Positions 10,300 to 19,591 are shown, counted from the stretch's first letter. The stretch: 64,000 bases of DNA from Candidatus Methylomirabilota bacterium (GCA_016209735.1 JACQVN010000034.1:9557-73556), one strand, 5' to 3'. The notes: a model not told the origin generated them from the letters alone. Numbers and translations: made by a program.

Positions 10300-12783
10300 A
10301 TGGATGCTCTCGCGGCGACTTACGGGGGGCTCTCTGGCTGGCCCGGGGCGGTGGGAGTCCTGGCCATCGTCCTGCTGGCATGTGTCCTCGGCTTCACCGG
10401 GGCGCCGGCGTGGCTCTGGACGCTGTTGGCCGCGGCGGCCCTCTGGGGCCTCGGGGCGCCAGCCTGGCTCTGGATCCCGTTTGGCCTCCTGGCGCTGCTC
10501 CTCAACGGTCCGCCGATCCGCCGGAGGCTGGTCTCGGCCCCGATGATGGCGGTCCTGAAAAAGGGGAATTTCCTCCCCGCGATCTCCGAAACCGAGCGCA
10601 CGGTCATCGAAGCCGGCAGCGTGTGGATCGAGGGGGAGCTTTTCTCGGGTCAGCCGGATTTCAGGCGGCTGCTGAACGAGCCCTATCCCGATTTGACCGA
10701 CGAGGAGCGGGCATTCCTCGACGGGCCGGTGGAAGAGGTCTGCCGCATGGCCGACGATTGGGGGATTTACGTGGAGAGAGGCCTGCCGCCGGAGATATGG
10801 GAGTATCTCAGTCGGCAGCGATTCTTCGGGATGATCATTCCGAAGGCGTATGGCGGGCTCGGATTCTCGGCCTCGGCCAACAGCGCCGTGGTGGGGAAGC
10901 TGGGCTCGCGGTCTCTCCCGTTGAGCTTCATGGTCATGGTGCCCAACTCCCTGGGGCCTGCCGAGCTTCTGATCCATTACGGGACGGAGGAGCAGAAGAA
11001 CCACTATCTCCCGCGTCTGGCACGCGGGGATGAGGTGCCCTGCTTTGCCCTGACCGAACCGGGCGCCGGCTCGGATGCGGGGGGCATCAGGGCCAGCGGT
11101 GTCATCTTCAAAGGCGAGGACGGCCGCTTGTATCTCCGGCTGAACTGGCGGAAGCGCTACATCACCCTTTCGGGCCTCTCCACCGTGCTGGGCCTGGCCT
11201 TCAAGCTCCGGGACCCGGAGAACTTCCTGGGCAGGGGGGAGCACCTGGGCATCACCTGTGCCCTGATCCCCACCGCCACGCCCGGCGTGGCGGTGGGCCG
11301 GCGGCACGATCCCATGGGCGTGCCCTTCTACAACGGCCCGACCGAAGGGCAGGACGTGGTCGTGCCCTTCGACTGCATCATCGGAGGCGCTGCCGGCGCC
11401 GGCAGTGGCTGGCGCATGCTGGTGGAATGCCTGGCGGCCGGCCGCGGCATCTCGCTCCCGGCGACGGCCGCCGCCGGGACCAAGTTCGTGGCCCGCGTCG
11501 CCGGCGCCTACGCCACCGTCCGGAAGCAGTTCGGCCTCTCGATCGGCAAGTTCGAAGGCGTGGAGGAACCGCTGGCGCGTCTGGGGGGGTTCGCCTACCT
11601 GATGGAAGCGGCCCGCCGCTACACCTGCGGCGCCCTGGATCGGGGCGCGAAGCCCGCCGTGGCGACGGCGACGGCCAAGTACAATCTCACGGAGCTGTAC
11701 CGGAAAGCCGTGAGCGACGGGATGGAGATTCTCGCCGGCACCGCCATCATGCGCGGCCCCCGCAACCTCCTCGCCCACAGCCATGACTTGACCCCCATAC
11801 TCGTCTCCGTCGAAGGGGCCAATATCCTGACGCGCACGCTCATGGTCTTCGGGCAGGGCGCGGTTCGGTGCCACCCCTATGTCTACCGAGAAATCCAGGC
11901 GCTTTCGACCGGGGATGTGAAGGGATTTGATCGTGCGCTCTGGGGACACGTCGGCCACGGGGTGCGCAACGTTTTCCGCTCCATCCTGTTGAGCCTCTCG
12001 CGCGGCCGCCTGGCCGGCTCGCCCGTCGGCGGCCCCGCCGCCCGCTATTGCCGGAAACTGGCGTGGGCGTCGGCCTCGTTCGCCCTGCTGTCGGATATCG
12101 CTCTGTGCACGTTCGGGGGGAACTTGAAGCGGAGGGGAAAGCTCACCGGACGCTTTGCCGATATCTTGTCCTGGATGTATCTTGGCGTGGCCACGTTGCG
12201 CCGGTTCGAGGCCGAGGGGCGCCGCGCCGGGGACCTGCCCTTCCTGCACTGGTCCATGCAATATACGCTGGCGCAGATCCAACAAGCCTTCGACGGGTTG
12301 CTCCAGAACCTGAACATCCCCGGGCTGGGCTGGTTCATGCGGGGCCCGGTCGCCCTCTGGTCGCGCGTGAACTCCATCGGGAAGATGCCGTCCGACGAGT
12401 TGGGCAGCGAGATTGCCCGGGCCATGCAGAGGCCCGGCCCCCAACGGGATGCCTTGACCGCCGGCATCTACGTGCCGTCCGATCCCCACGAGGCATTGGG
12501 CAGGCTGGAGCGTGCCTTCACGCTTTCCTGGGAAGCCGAGGCGGTGGCCGGCAGGATCCAAGAGGCGATCCAGGCGGGGAAGTTGCCCAAGGAGAGGCCC
12601 GAGCAGCTCGTGGCAAAGGCCGTCGAGACGGGAATCCTCAGCCAGGAAGAGGCGCAGGTGATGTTCCAGGCGGAAGAGGCGCGGAGCGATGCCGTCCAGG
12701 TGGATAGCTTCACGCCGGAAGAATACCTGTCCGGAACTCCATCCGCGCCGCGCAAGGTCGAATTCGTGAGCGGGCGGGCATGA
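10300..12783 (+). CDS. fadE: large FadE-type acyl-CoA dehydrogenase with N-terminal membrane segment
   Basis: 827 aa. Two hydrophobic N-terminal helices, an acyl-CoA dehydrogenase core (CFALTEPGAGSDAG) and a long C-terminal extension, as in enterobacterial FadE. Confidence 0.85.
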   Translation: MDALAATYGGLSGWPGAVGVLAIVLLACVLGFTGAPAWLWTLLAAAALWGLGAPAWLWIPFGLLALLLNGPPIRRRLVSAPMMAVLKKGNFLPAISETERTVIEAGSVWIEGELFSGQPDFRRLLNEPYPDLTDEERAFLDGPVEEVCRMADDWGIYVERGLPPEIWEYLSRQRFFGMIIPKAYGGLGFSASANSAVVGKLGSRSLPLSFMVMVPNSLGPAELLIHYGTEEQKNHYLPRLARGDEVPCFALTEPGAGSDAGGIRASGVIFKGEDGRLYLRLNWRKRYITLSGLSTVLGLAFKLRDPENFLGRGEHLGITCALIPTATPGVAVGRRHDPMGVPFYNGPTEGQDVVVPFDCIIGGAAGAGSGWRMLVECLAAGRGISLPATAAAGTKFVARVAGAYATVRKQFGLSIGKFEGVEEPLARLGGFAYLMEAARRYTCGALDRGAKPAVATATAKYNLTELYRKAVSDGMEILAGTAIMRGPRNLLAHSHDLTPILVSVEGANILTRTLMVFGQGAVRCHPYVYREIQALSTGDVKGFDRALWGHVGHGVRNVFRSILLSLSRGRLAGSPVGGPAARYCRKLAWASASFALLSDIALCTFGGNLKRRGKLTGRFADILSWMYLGVATLRRFEAEGRRAGDLPFLHWSMQYTLAQIQQAFDGLLQNLNIPGLGWFMRGPVALWSRVNSIGKMPSDELGSEIARAMQRPGPQRDALTAGIYVPSDPHEALGRLERAFTLSWEAEAVAGRIQEAIQAGKLPKERPEQLVAKAVETGILSQEEAQVMFQAEEARSDAVQVDSFTPEEYLSGTPSAPRKVEFVSGRA

Positions 12784-12800
12784 AGCCCGCCCCTACGCAA

Positions 12801-13054
12801 CCTGGTTTTTGCGCTGCCGCGCAAAAACCAAAACTGAAAGGCATCAGGGAACCTCGCTGGGATTGGCCGGGAGTCATCAACGACCACCCTAGAAGGGGGT
12901 ACCCCCGAGGGGTTCCCTCGATGGAACACGACCCGTATCGCAGGGGTCACCTTCCACCACGGGTTCCCGTTATGAGACCCATCGGAAGCCCAGGGCAGAA
13001 AATTTGTTGCTCCACCAAGTTTGGTTTTTGCGCGCGCAGCGCGCAAAAACCAGG
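12801..13054 (-). repeat. type-A hairpin-bounded repeat element, full copy (inverted relative to copies at 29137 and 53888)
   Basis: Bounded by CCTGGTTTTTGCGC-TGCC-GCGCAAAAACC (12801-12829) and GGTTTTTGCGCGC-GCA-GCGCGCAAAAACCAGG (13023-13054). Its reverse complement aligns along the full length with 29137-29389. Confidence 0.9.
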
Positions 13055-13165
13055 GGAGGGGTTTATCCCCTCCCGCTTCAGCGCATTGTAGGAAGAGCGG
13101 GTGCTGGGCGAAAGGCCCAATGAGACCGCTTCTTCTTCGTGCCCTTCGTGTTCTTCGTGGTGAAT
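13052..13165 (+). repeat. intergenic repeat module E (AGGGGAGGGGTTTATCCCCTCCC hairpin ... GGAAGAG ... GCGAAAGGCCCA ... CTTCGTG nonamer run)
   Basis: It aligns with 19284-19395 and, inverted, with 53752-53887. Confidence 0.8.
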
Positions 13166-13187
13166 AATCCGGGTTAGGGGGAGAGTT

Positions 13188-14420
<1,233 letters not shown>

Positions 14421-14477
14421 TTCGCGACGGCTCGGCGCCCCTCCCGCCGCCGGGGCGGTTGTGGTATAGTCTCGTTC

Positions 14478-14909
14478 ATGAGCGGGCAGGCCGTTGCTGG
14501 ATTCGAACTCTTCGCCGTCACCGCCGACCAGGGGATCCGGGCCTGGGGCCAGACCCTCCCCGAGCTGTTTCGGCAGGCTGCGCGCGGCCTCTTCAGCCTG
14601 ATCGTGGAGGCGGGGACGGTCGAAAACCGGGAGTGGGTGCCGGTTTCGGCGACGGCGGGGGATCGGGAGACCCTCCTGGTGGCGTGGCTCAACGAACTCC
14701 TCTACCTCTACGAGACCAGGGCCTTGGTGATGGGGGAGTGGCGAATCCGCCGCCTCGAGGATACCGCCCTGGAGGCCGAGGCGGGAGGCGAGGCGGTGGA
14801 TGCCGCGCGCCACGCCCTGCTCGGGCACGTGAAGGCGGTAACATATCATGGCCTGGCGCTCTACCCGACGGAGAGAGGCTGGGAGGCGCGGGTCGTCGTG
14901 GATGTGTAG
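14478..14909 (+). CDS. archease
   Basis: 143 aa. Archease pattern FELFAVTADQGIRAWG near the N-terminus and HVKAVTYHGL near the C-terminus. Confidence 0.8.
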   Translation: MSGQAVAGFELFAVTADQGIRAWGQTLPELFRQAARGLFSLIVEAGTVENREWVPVSATAGDRETLLVAWLNELLYLYETRALVMGEWRIRRLEDTALEAEAGGEAVDAARHALLGHVKAVTYHGLALYPTERGWEARVVVDV

Positions 14910-14979
14910 ACGAGAGCGGAGAGTCGAGAGCCGAGACCCGAGACCCTCGAAGGGGCCTGACTCCAGAGGAGAAAGGGCG

Positions 14980-15198
14980 ATGATGGAGAAGGTGCGGATC
15001 TTCGGGAAGGATGGCTGACCCTATACTGCTGCCGCCCGGGAGGAGTACGGCAGGCGAAAGGTGAGCGTGACATATGTGGACGTCACCCAAGACGCCGCGG
15101 GCCTGAAGCAGATGCTCCAGCACTCCAAGGGAGAGCGGACCGTCCCCGTGATCGTCGAGGGGGGGAAGGTCACCATCGGGTACAACGGCGGAGGGTGA
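14980..15198 (+). CDS. glutaredoxin-like (NrdH/YruB-type) protein with in-frame TGA at 15016-15018: candidate selenoprotein (U-P-Y-T active site)
   Basis: Not in the ORF track. GAGGAG at 14966-14971, ATG at 14980. Translation: MMEKVRIFGKDG-[TGA]-PYTAAAREEYGRRKVSVTYVDVTQDAAGLKQMLQHSKGERTVPVIVEGGKVTIGYNGGG, stop at 15196-15198. The TGA sits where the first Cys of the CPYC-type motif belongs. Confidence 0.6.
15027..15056 (+). promoter_or_regulatory. candidate bacterial SECIS hairpin
   Basis: Stem CTGCCG (15029-15034) / CGGCAG (15048-15053) with a 13-nt G-rich loop CCCGGGAGGAGTA. The loop starts 17 nt after the TGA. The stem is short and nothing was folded computationally. Confidence 0.35.
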
Positions 15199-15237
15199 GA
15201 AGTCTAGCCCGGTCCGCCGGAGGCGGATACGAAATGA

Positions 15238-15300
15238 CAATGACCAATGACCAATGGCCAATGACCAAAAATCAATGACCAATGATCAATGACCAATTAC
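15238..15300. repeat. tandem heptamer array, 9 units of CAATGAC (variants CAATGGC, CAAAAAT, CAATGAT, CAATTAC)
   Basis: Read directly: CAATGAC CAATGAC CAATGGC CAATGAC CAAAAAT CAATGAC CAATGAT CAATGAC CAATTAC. It is a circular permutation of TGACCAA, the complement of TTGGTCA. Confidence 0.9.
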
Positions 15301-15343
15301 GGATGAGCAAATACCATTGCCCTTGTGACTGAGAGGGGGAAGC

Positions 15344-15742
15344 GTGGGAGACGGGGAATCTGAACCTGAGATCCGGGAATGGCTGGAAGAGCTCCGGGGG
15401 ATCGACCTGGCGGACAGCGAGGTCGAAGCCGCCGCGGACCGCCTTCTTGCCATCGGCACCGCCGCCTTGCCCGTCCTCCTGGACATGTACAGCCAGCAGG
15501 ACGAGACATTGCTGGCCCTGGCCACCCAAGCGCTCAAGCGCTGGCCCGCGCCCCATCCCATCGAGCCATTGATCGCGCTGCTTCGCGACCCGACAGTCGA
15601 CGATATGGCCAAGGCCTTGATCCTCATCCTGCTGGAAGGATACGGCCTGGATCCGACCTCCCCCGAGGTGTTCGGCCTGTCCATCAACCTGGAGGATTAT
15701 CCGCTCCGCCGGCCGCCCGTCATGGGCGGCCCCTGGTCATGA
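15344..15742 (+). CDS. hypothetical protein, helical (HEAT-like) repeats
   Basis: 132 aa with a GTG start behind GAGAGGGGGAAG. Its stop overlaps the gpsA start (ATGA). I recognise no diagnostic motif. Confidence 0.5.
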   Translation: MGDGESEPEIREWLEELRGIDLADSEVEAAADRLLAIGTAALPVLLDMYSQQDETLLALATQALKRWPAPHPIEPLIALLRDPTVDDMAKALILILLEGYGLDPTSPEVFGLSINLEDYPLRRPPVMGGPWS

Positions 15743-16770
15743 TGCTCCCCGTCGCGTCGGAGGCTCCCCGGACTGTGGCCGTGGTGGGGGCCGGGGCGTG
15801 GGGGACGACCCTGGCCACCATCCTGGGGGACCGCTACCCGCGGGTCAATCTCTGGGTCTTCGAGGCCGACCTTGCCGAGGCAATCCAGTGCCGCCGCGAG
15901 AACGGCGTCTATCTCCCGGGCGTTCGCATCCCGGATCCCGTCCGGGCCACTTCCTCCCTGGCGGAGGCCCTGACGGATGTCGGGCTGGTCCTGTTCGTGG
16001 TCCCTTCCCACGTGTTCCGTCGGATCGCTTCTGCGGCCGCCGCTCATCTTCCCTCGAAGGCGCTGGTGGCGAGCGCCACCAAGGGCATCGAGGTCGAGAC
16101 GCTGGCGACCATGTCCGAGATCCTGGCGGAGGTTCTCCCCCCGCTTGACCGTGCCCGCCTGGCGGTCCTGTCCGGTCCCAGTTTTGCCCAGGAGGTGGCC
16201 CGCCGGCGTCCGACAGCGGTGGTAGCCGCGGCGCGCGATCCGTCGGTGGCGGGGGCGCTTCAGCGCGCGGTGAGCGGGGGGAGTTTCCGAGTCTATGCCG
16301 GCCTGGACCCGCTGGGGGTCGAACTGGGGGGCGCGGTCAAGAACGTGATCGCCATTGCCGCCGGGATCGTGGACGGTCTCGAGCTCGGACTGAATGCGCG
16401 GGCGGCGCTCATCACCCGCGGGCTGGCGGAGATGTCCCGTCTGGGCGTTGCCAAGGGGGCGCAACCCGCGACCTTCGCCGGCCTGGCGGGCATGGGGGAC
16501 CTGATCCTCACCGCGACCGGGGACCTGTCGCGGAACCGTCGTCTCGGTATGGCAATCGCCGGGGGGCGACGCTTGGAGGAGATCCTGGCCGGGTCGAAGT
16601 CCGTGGCCGAGGGGGTCAATACCTGCAGGTCCGTCGTGCGGCTGGCGGAGCGCCTGGGCGTCGAGATGCCCATCTCGCGGGCCGTCCACCGGGTCCTGTT
16701 CGAGGGGCAAGCTCCCCGCGAGGCGGTGGTCCAGCTCATGACGCGGGAACTCCGCTTCGAGGGGGAGTAG
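15739..16770 (+). CDS. gpsA: NAD(P)H-dependent glycerol-3-phosphate dehydrogenase
   Basis: Internal ATG 15739 of track ORF 15379-16770 (MMLPVASEAPRTVAVVGAGAWGTTLA...). The protein is GpsA-like throughout (GAVKNVIAIAAG, NRRLG). Confidence 0.92.
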   Translation: MMLPVASEAPRTVAVVGAGAWGTTLATILGDRYPRVNLWVFEADLAEAIQCRRENGVYLPGVRIPDPVRATSSLAEALTDVGLVLFVVPSHVFRRIASAAAAHLPSKALVASATKGIEVETLATMSEILAEVLPPLDRARLAVLSGPSFAQEVARRRPTAVVAAARDPSVAGALQRAVSGGSFRVYAGLDPLGVELGGAVKNVIAIAAGIVDGLELGLNARAALITRGLAEMSRLGVAKGAQPATFAGLAGMGDLILTATGDLSRNRRLGMAIAGGRRLEEILAGSKSVAEGVNTCRSVVRLAERLGVEMPISRAVHRVLFEGQAPREAVVQLMTRELRFEGE

Positions 16771-16774
16771 AGGT

Positions 16775-16801
16775 GGTTTTTGCGCGCTCAGCGCAAAAAC
16801 C
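16775..16801. repeat. solo type-A terminal hairpin GGTTTTTGCGCG-CTC-AGCGCAAAAACC
   Basis: Read directly. It lies 4 nt after the gpsA TAG stop and just before the panE start. Confidence 0.85.
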
Positions 16802-16811
16802 AGGGGGACCC

Positions 16812-17744
16812 ATGCGTATCGCGGTGATGGGCAGCGGGGGAATCGGAGGGTATTTCGGCGGGCTCCTGGGCAAGGCCGGCGCGGATGTGACGCTCATTGC
16901 CCGAGGGGACCACTTGGCGGCGATCCGGGAGATGGGGCTAAAGGTCCGGAGCGCGCTGGGGGATTTCGAGGTCCGCGTGCGGGCGACCGACGATCCGGCG
17001 GCGGTTGGGCAGGCCGACCTCATCCTCTTCACCGTGAAGGGGTACGACACCGAAGAGGCCGCCGGGCGCATGCGCCCCCTGGTGGGGCCCGCGAGCAGCG
17101 TCCTCTGCCTGCAGAACGGCGTGGACAACGAGGCCAAACTGGAGGCCGTCTTCGGCCCCCGTGCCGTCCTCGGCGGCGTGGCGCATATCCTCTCCACGGT
17201 CGCCGCGCCCGGCGTCATCCATCAGACGGCAGGCCCTCGGACGATCAAGTTCGGGGAGATGGACGGCACAAGGACAGCCCGGCTGGAGACGATCCTCCGG
17301 CTCCTCACGGGGGCCGGAATCAACGCCACGATCTCCGGCCAGATCGTGGTGGATCTCTGGGAGAAGTTCGTCTTCATCTGCGCCCATGGCGGGGTCACCG
17401 CCCTGGCCCGGCTGGGGGTGGGGGAGATCCTGGGCTGTCCGGAGACGGCGGCGCTCTACCAGGGCGTCATGGAAGAGATCGTCGCGGTGGCCCGAGCCAG
17501 CGGCGTGCCGCTTCCGCAGGATGCCATCGAGCGCGTCTTGGCCTTCGCCCGGAGCCTCCAGCCCGCCATGCGCTCCTCCTTGGCGCACGACCTGGAGCAG
17601 GGGAAGCGGCTCGAAGTCGAGACGCTGCCCGGGGCGGTGATCCGCTACGGTGCCAGGGTCGGCGTGCCGACTCCCCTGAACGGCGTCATCTACGCCTGCT
17701 TGAAACCGTATCACCTGCGGGCCGTGGCGGCGCGCCGCGCGTAA
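16812..17744 (+). CDS. panE: 2-dehydropantoate 2-reductase (ApbA/PanE family)
   Basis: I use ATG 16812 (MRIAVMGSGGIGGYFGG). The track start at 16773 would read through the repeat hairpin. Confidence 0.85.
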   Translation: MRIAVMGSGGIGGYFGGLLGKAGADVTLIARGDHLAAIREMGLKVRSALGDFEVRVRATDDPAAVGQADLILFTVKGYDTEEAAGRMRPLVGPASSVLCLQNGVDNEAKLEAVFGPRAVLGGVAHILSTVAAPGVIHQTAGPRTIKFGEMDGTRTARLETILRLLTGAGINATISGQIVVDLWEKFVFICAHGGVTALARLGVGEILGCPETAALYQGVMEEIVAVARASGVPLPQDAIERVLAFARSLQPAMRSSLAHDLEQGKRLEVETLPGAVIRYGARVGVPTPLNGVIYACLKPYHLRAVAARRA

Positions 17745-17794
17745 GCCCTGCGGGTCAACATTCCGGTGACGTAAACCAAGTTCGGGTGCCATAT

Positions 17795-18023
17795 AGCCCG
17801 CACTATTTGGGAACACGGCGCGCGAATACTGCGGGCTTAACAAACACCCATGTGATTGGTGACCAGGGACGGAGGACGCGTCGTCGTTGCATCTCGACAT
17901 CGCACGCATCCTGCCGGAAGGGTACCCGATGCGGGCAGCACCATTCATGATCCCGCCTCAGGCGGGATTGGTCCTTGAGTTAAGCCCGCATTATTCACGA
18001 GGGATTCGTGAATAATGCGGGCT
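17795..18023 (+). repeat. type-B hairpin-bounded repeat element, copy 1
   Basis: Bounded by AGCCCGCACTATTTGGGAA...CGCGAATACTGCGGGCT (17795-17837) and AGCCCGCATTATTCACGA-GGGA-TTCGTGAATAATGCGGGCT (17983-18023). The core aligns with 45919-46066 (shared TAACAAA.CACC, GTCGT..TTGC, ATCCCGCC.CAGGCGGGA). Confidence 0.85.
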
Positions 18024-18053
18024 AGGAGGAAGGGCCCGGGGGATTGACGACAA

Positions 18054-19037
18054 ATGCCGGCCAACCTCACTCCCCAATACCTCGAAGCGGAACGGCGGTT
18101 CCGCACGGCCAAAACGGCCGAGGAGAAGCTGACGGCGCTGGAGGAGATGCTCGCGGTCATCCCCAAGCACAAGGGGACCGAGCATATCCGGGGCGACCTC
18201 AAGCGCCGCCTGGCCAAGCTCAGGTCCGAGGCCGAGCAGGCCAGCCGCCGCCGTGGCGGATTCTCCATGGCCGTGGAGCGGGAAGGGGCGGGCCAGGTGG
18301 TCCTGGCGGGTCCGACCAATGTCGGGAAGTCAGCCCTGGTACGCCGCCTCACCAATGCCCAGACCGAGGTGGGCGAATACCCCTTCACCACCCGCCGGCC
18401 GATCGCCGGGATGATGCCCTTTGTGAATATCCAGATTCAGTTGGTGGATCTTCCGGCGGTGAGCCGGACCTACATGGAGCCGTGGGTTCCGAGCCTCATC
18501 CGGCCTGCCGACCTCGTCCTGGTCGTAGCCGATCTCGCAAATCCGGCCGTCCTGGAGGATCTGGAAGAGGTGCTGACGGTTCTGGAGGAAGCCAAGCTGC
18601 GCCTGGGAGGCGACGCGACGGCGGCTGAGGCGCCGGGCTGGGTCCGCATTCCGGCGCTCCTCGTCGGGAACAAGGCGGAGGAGGCCGACGCCGAGGCGGC
18701 GCTGGAGGTACTCCGCGCCGCCCATGCGGCGCGCTTTCCCGTCTACGGCGTCTCGGCGATGACCGCCCTGGGGCTGGAGACGCTCCGGCGGGCCATCTAC
18801 GACGGTCTGGGCATCGTGCGGGTGTACTGCAAGGCTCCCGGCAAGGAGCCGTCCATGAGCTCGCCCGTCGTCCTGCCGCGCGGCAGCACGGTGGTGGAGA
18901 TGGCGGGAGCCATTCACAAGGACTTCGCGCGGCAGCTCCAGTACGCGCGCATTTGGGGGTCGAGCAAGTTCGACGGGCAGCGCGTCCAGCGGGATTACGT
19001 CGTTCAGGAGGGGGACATCATCGAGCTCCACATATAG
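18054..19037 (+). CDS. OBG-class GTPase of the DRG type with C-terminal TGS domain
   Basis: 327 aa. DRG-like N-terminal helix (KHKGTEHIRGDLKRRLAKLR), G1 GPTNVGKSALV, G4 NKAE, and a TGS-like C-terminus ending GDIIELHI. Confidence 0.85.
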   Translation: MPANLTPQYLEAERRFRTAKTAEEKLTALEEMLAVIPKHKGTEHIRGDLKRRLAKLRSEAEQASRRRGGFSMAVEREGAGQVVLAGPTNVGKSALVRRLTNAQTEVGEYPFTTRRPIAGMMPFVNIQIQLVDLPAVSRTYMEPWVPSLIRPADLVLVVADLANPAVLEDLEEVLTVLEEAKLRLGGDATAAEAPGWVRIPALLVGNKAEEADAEAALEVLRAAHAARFPVYGVSAMTALGLETLRRAIYDGLGIVRVYCKAPGKEPSMSSPVVLPRGSTVVEMAGAIHKDFARQLQYARIWGSSKFDGQRVQRDYVVQEGDIIELHI

Positions 19038-19231
19038 CCTGAGTTATTCACGAAAAGGCCATCTCACCACGAAGGACCTGCCTGCGCCGTGCCAAACGCC
19101 TGCCCGTGCGGTGCACCTGTCTGCGTCGCGAACGCGACAGGCAGGCGCAGACAGGCGGCAGGCAGGCACGAACATCACGAAGCGGAGAGGCACGGAGAAC
19201 CGGTCCCGACCCTCACCACCGGGAGGCGGGC

Positions 19232-19395
19232 GGGCATGAAGCCCGCCCCTACGCAACCACAATTGGCCCGAACACGGTCCTCCGTAGGGGAGGGGTTTAT
19301 CCCCTCCCGCTTCAGGGCATTGTCGGAAGAGTGTGTGGAGTGCGAAAGGCCCAGCTAAATCCCTTCTTCGTATCCTTCGTGGTCTTCGTGGGGGA
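19232..19395 (+). repeat. composite repeat: hairpin GGGCGGGCATGAAGCCCGCCC + CTACGCAACC + 27-nt spacer + module E
   Basis: It aligns with 12771-12803 plus 13052-13165, that is, the same module without the type-A element between its halves. Confidence 0.8.
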
Positions 19396-19466
19396 TAGTT
19401 CGGGCGAAAGGCAATGCGGTTTCCAGAGCGTCGGATACGGGCGGTCCGCCTCCGGCGGATTCGAGC

Positions 19467-19524
19467 AAATCCCTCCCGTCCCCCCCTTTGTCAAAGGGGG
19501 GCGAGGGGGGATTTCATCCGGCTG
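19467..19524. repeat. G/C-tract palindrome family C (AAATCCCTCCCGTCCCCCCCTTTG-T-CAAAGGGGGGCGAGGGGGGATTT + CATCCGGCTG tail)
   Basis: Read directly. Related copies lie at 25499-25545 and 50710-50765, and a variant at 53683-53748. Confidence 0.85.
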
Positions 19525-19591
19525 CCGTGGTAAGGAATCCGCCTTGGGGGGGGGTAAAGGACCCGACCAGTTTTCTGCCATGGAAGCGGGT

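Noticed and set aside
12801-13054. Protein-coding potential of the type-A element. The same frame stays open across two copies, giving ...KLKGIR.PRWDW.GVINDHPRR..PRG.P.MEHDP.RRGHLPP....
   Set aside because: There is no start codon or RBS. The third copy is frameshifted, substitutions between copies are mostly non-synonymous, and the composition is typical of GC-rich non-coding DNA. Helix-preserving changes argue for nucleic-acid-level constraint.
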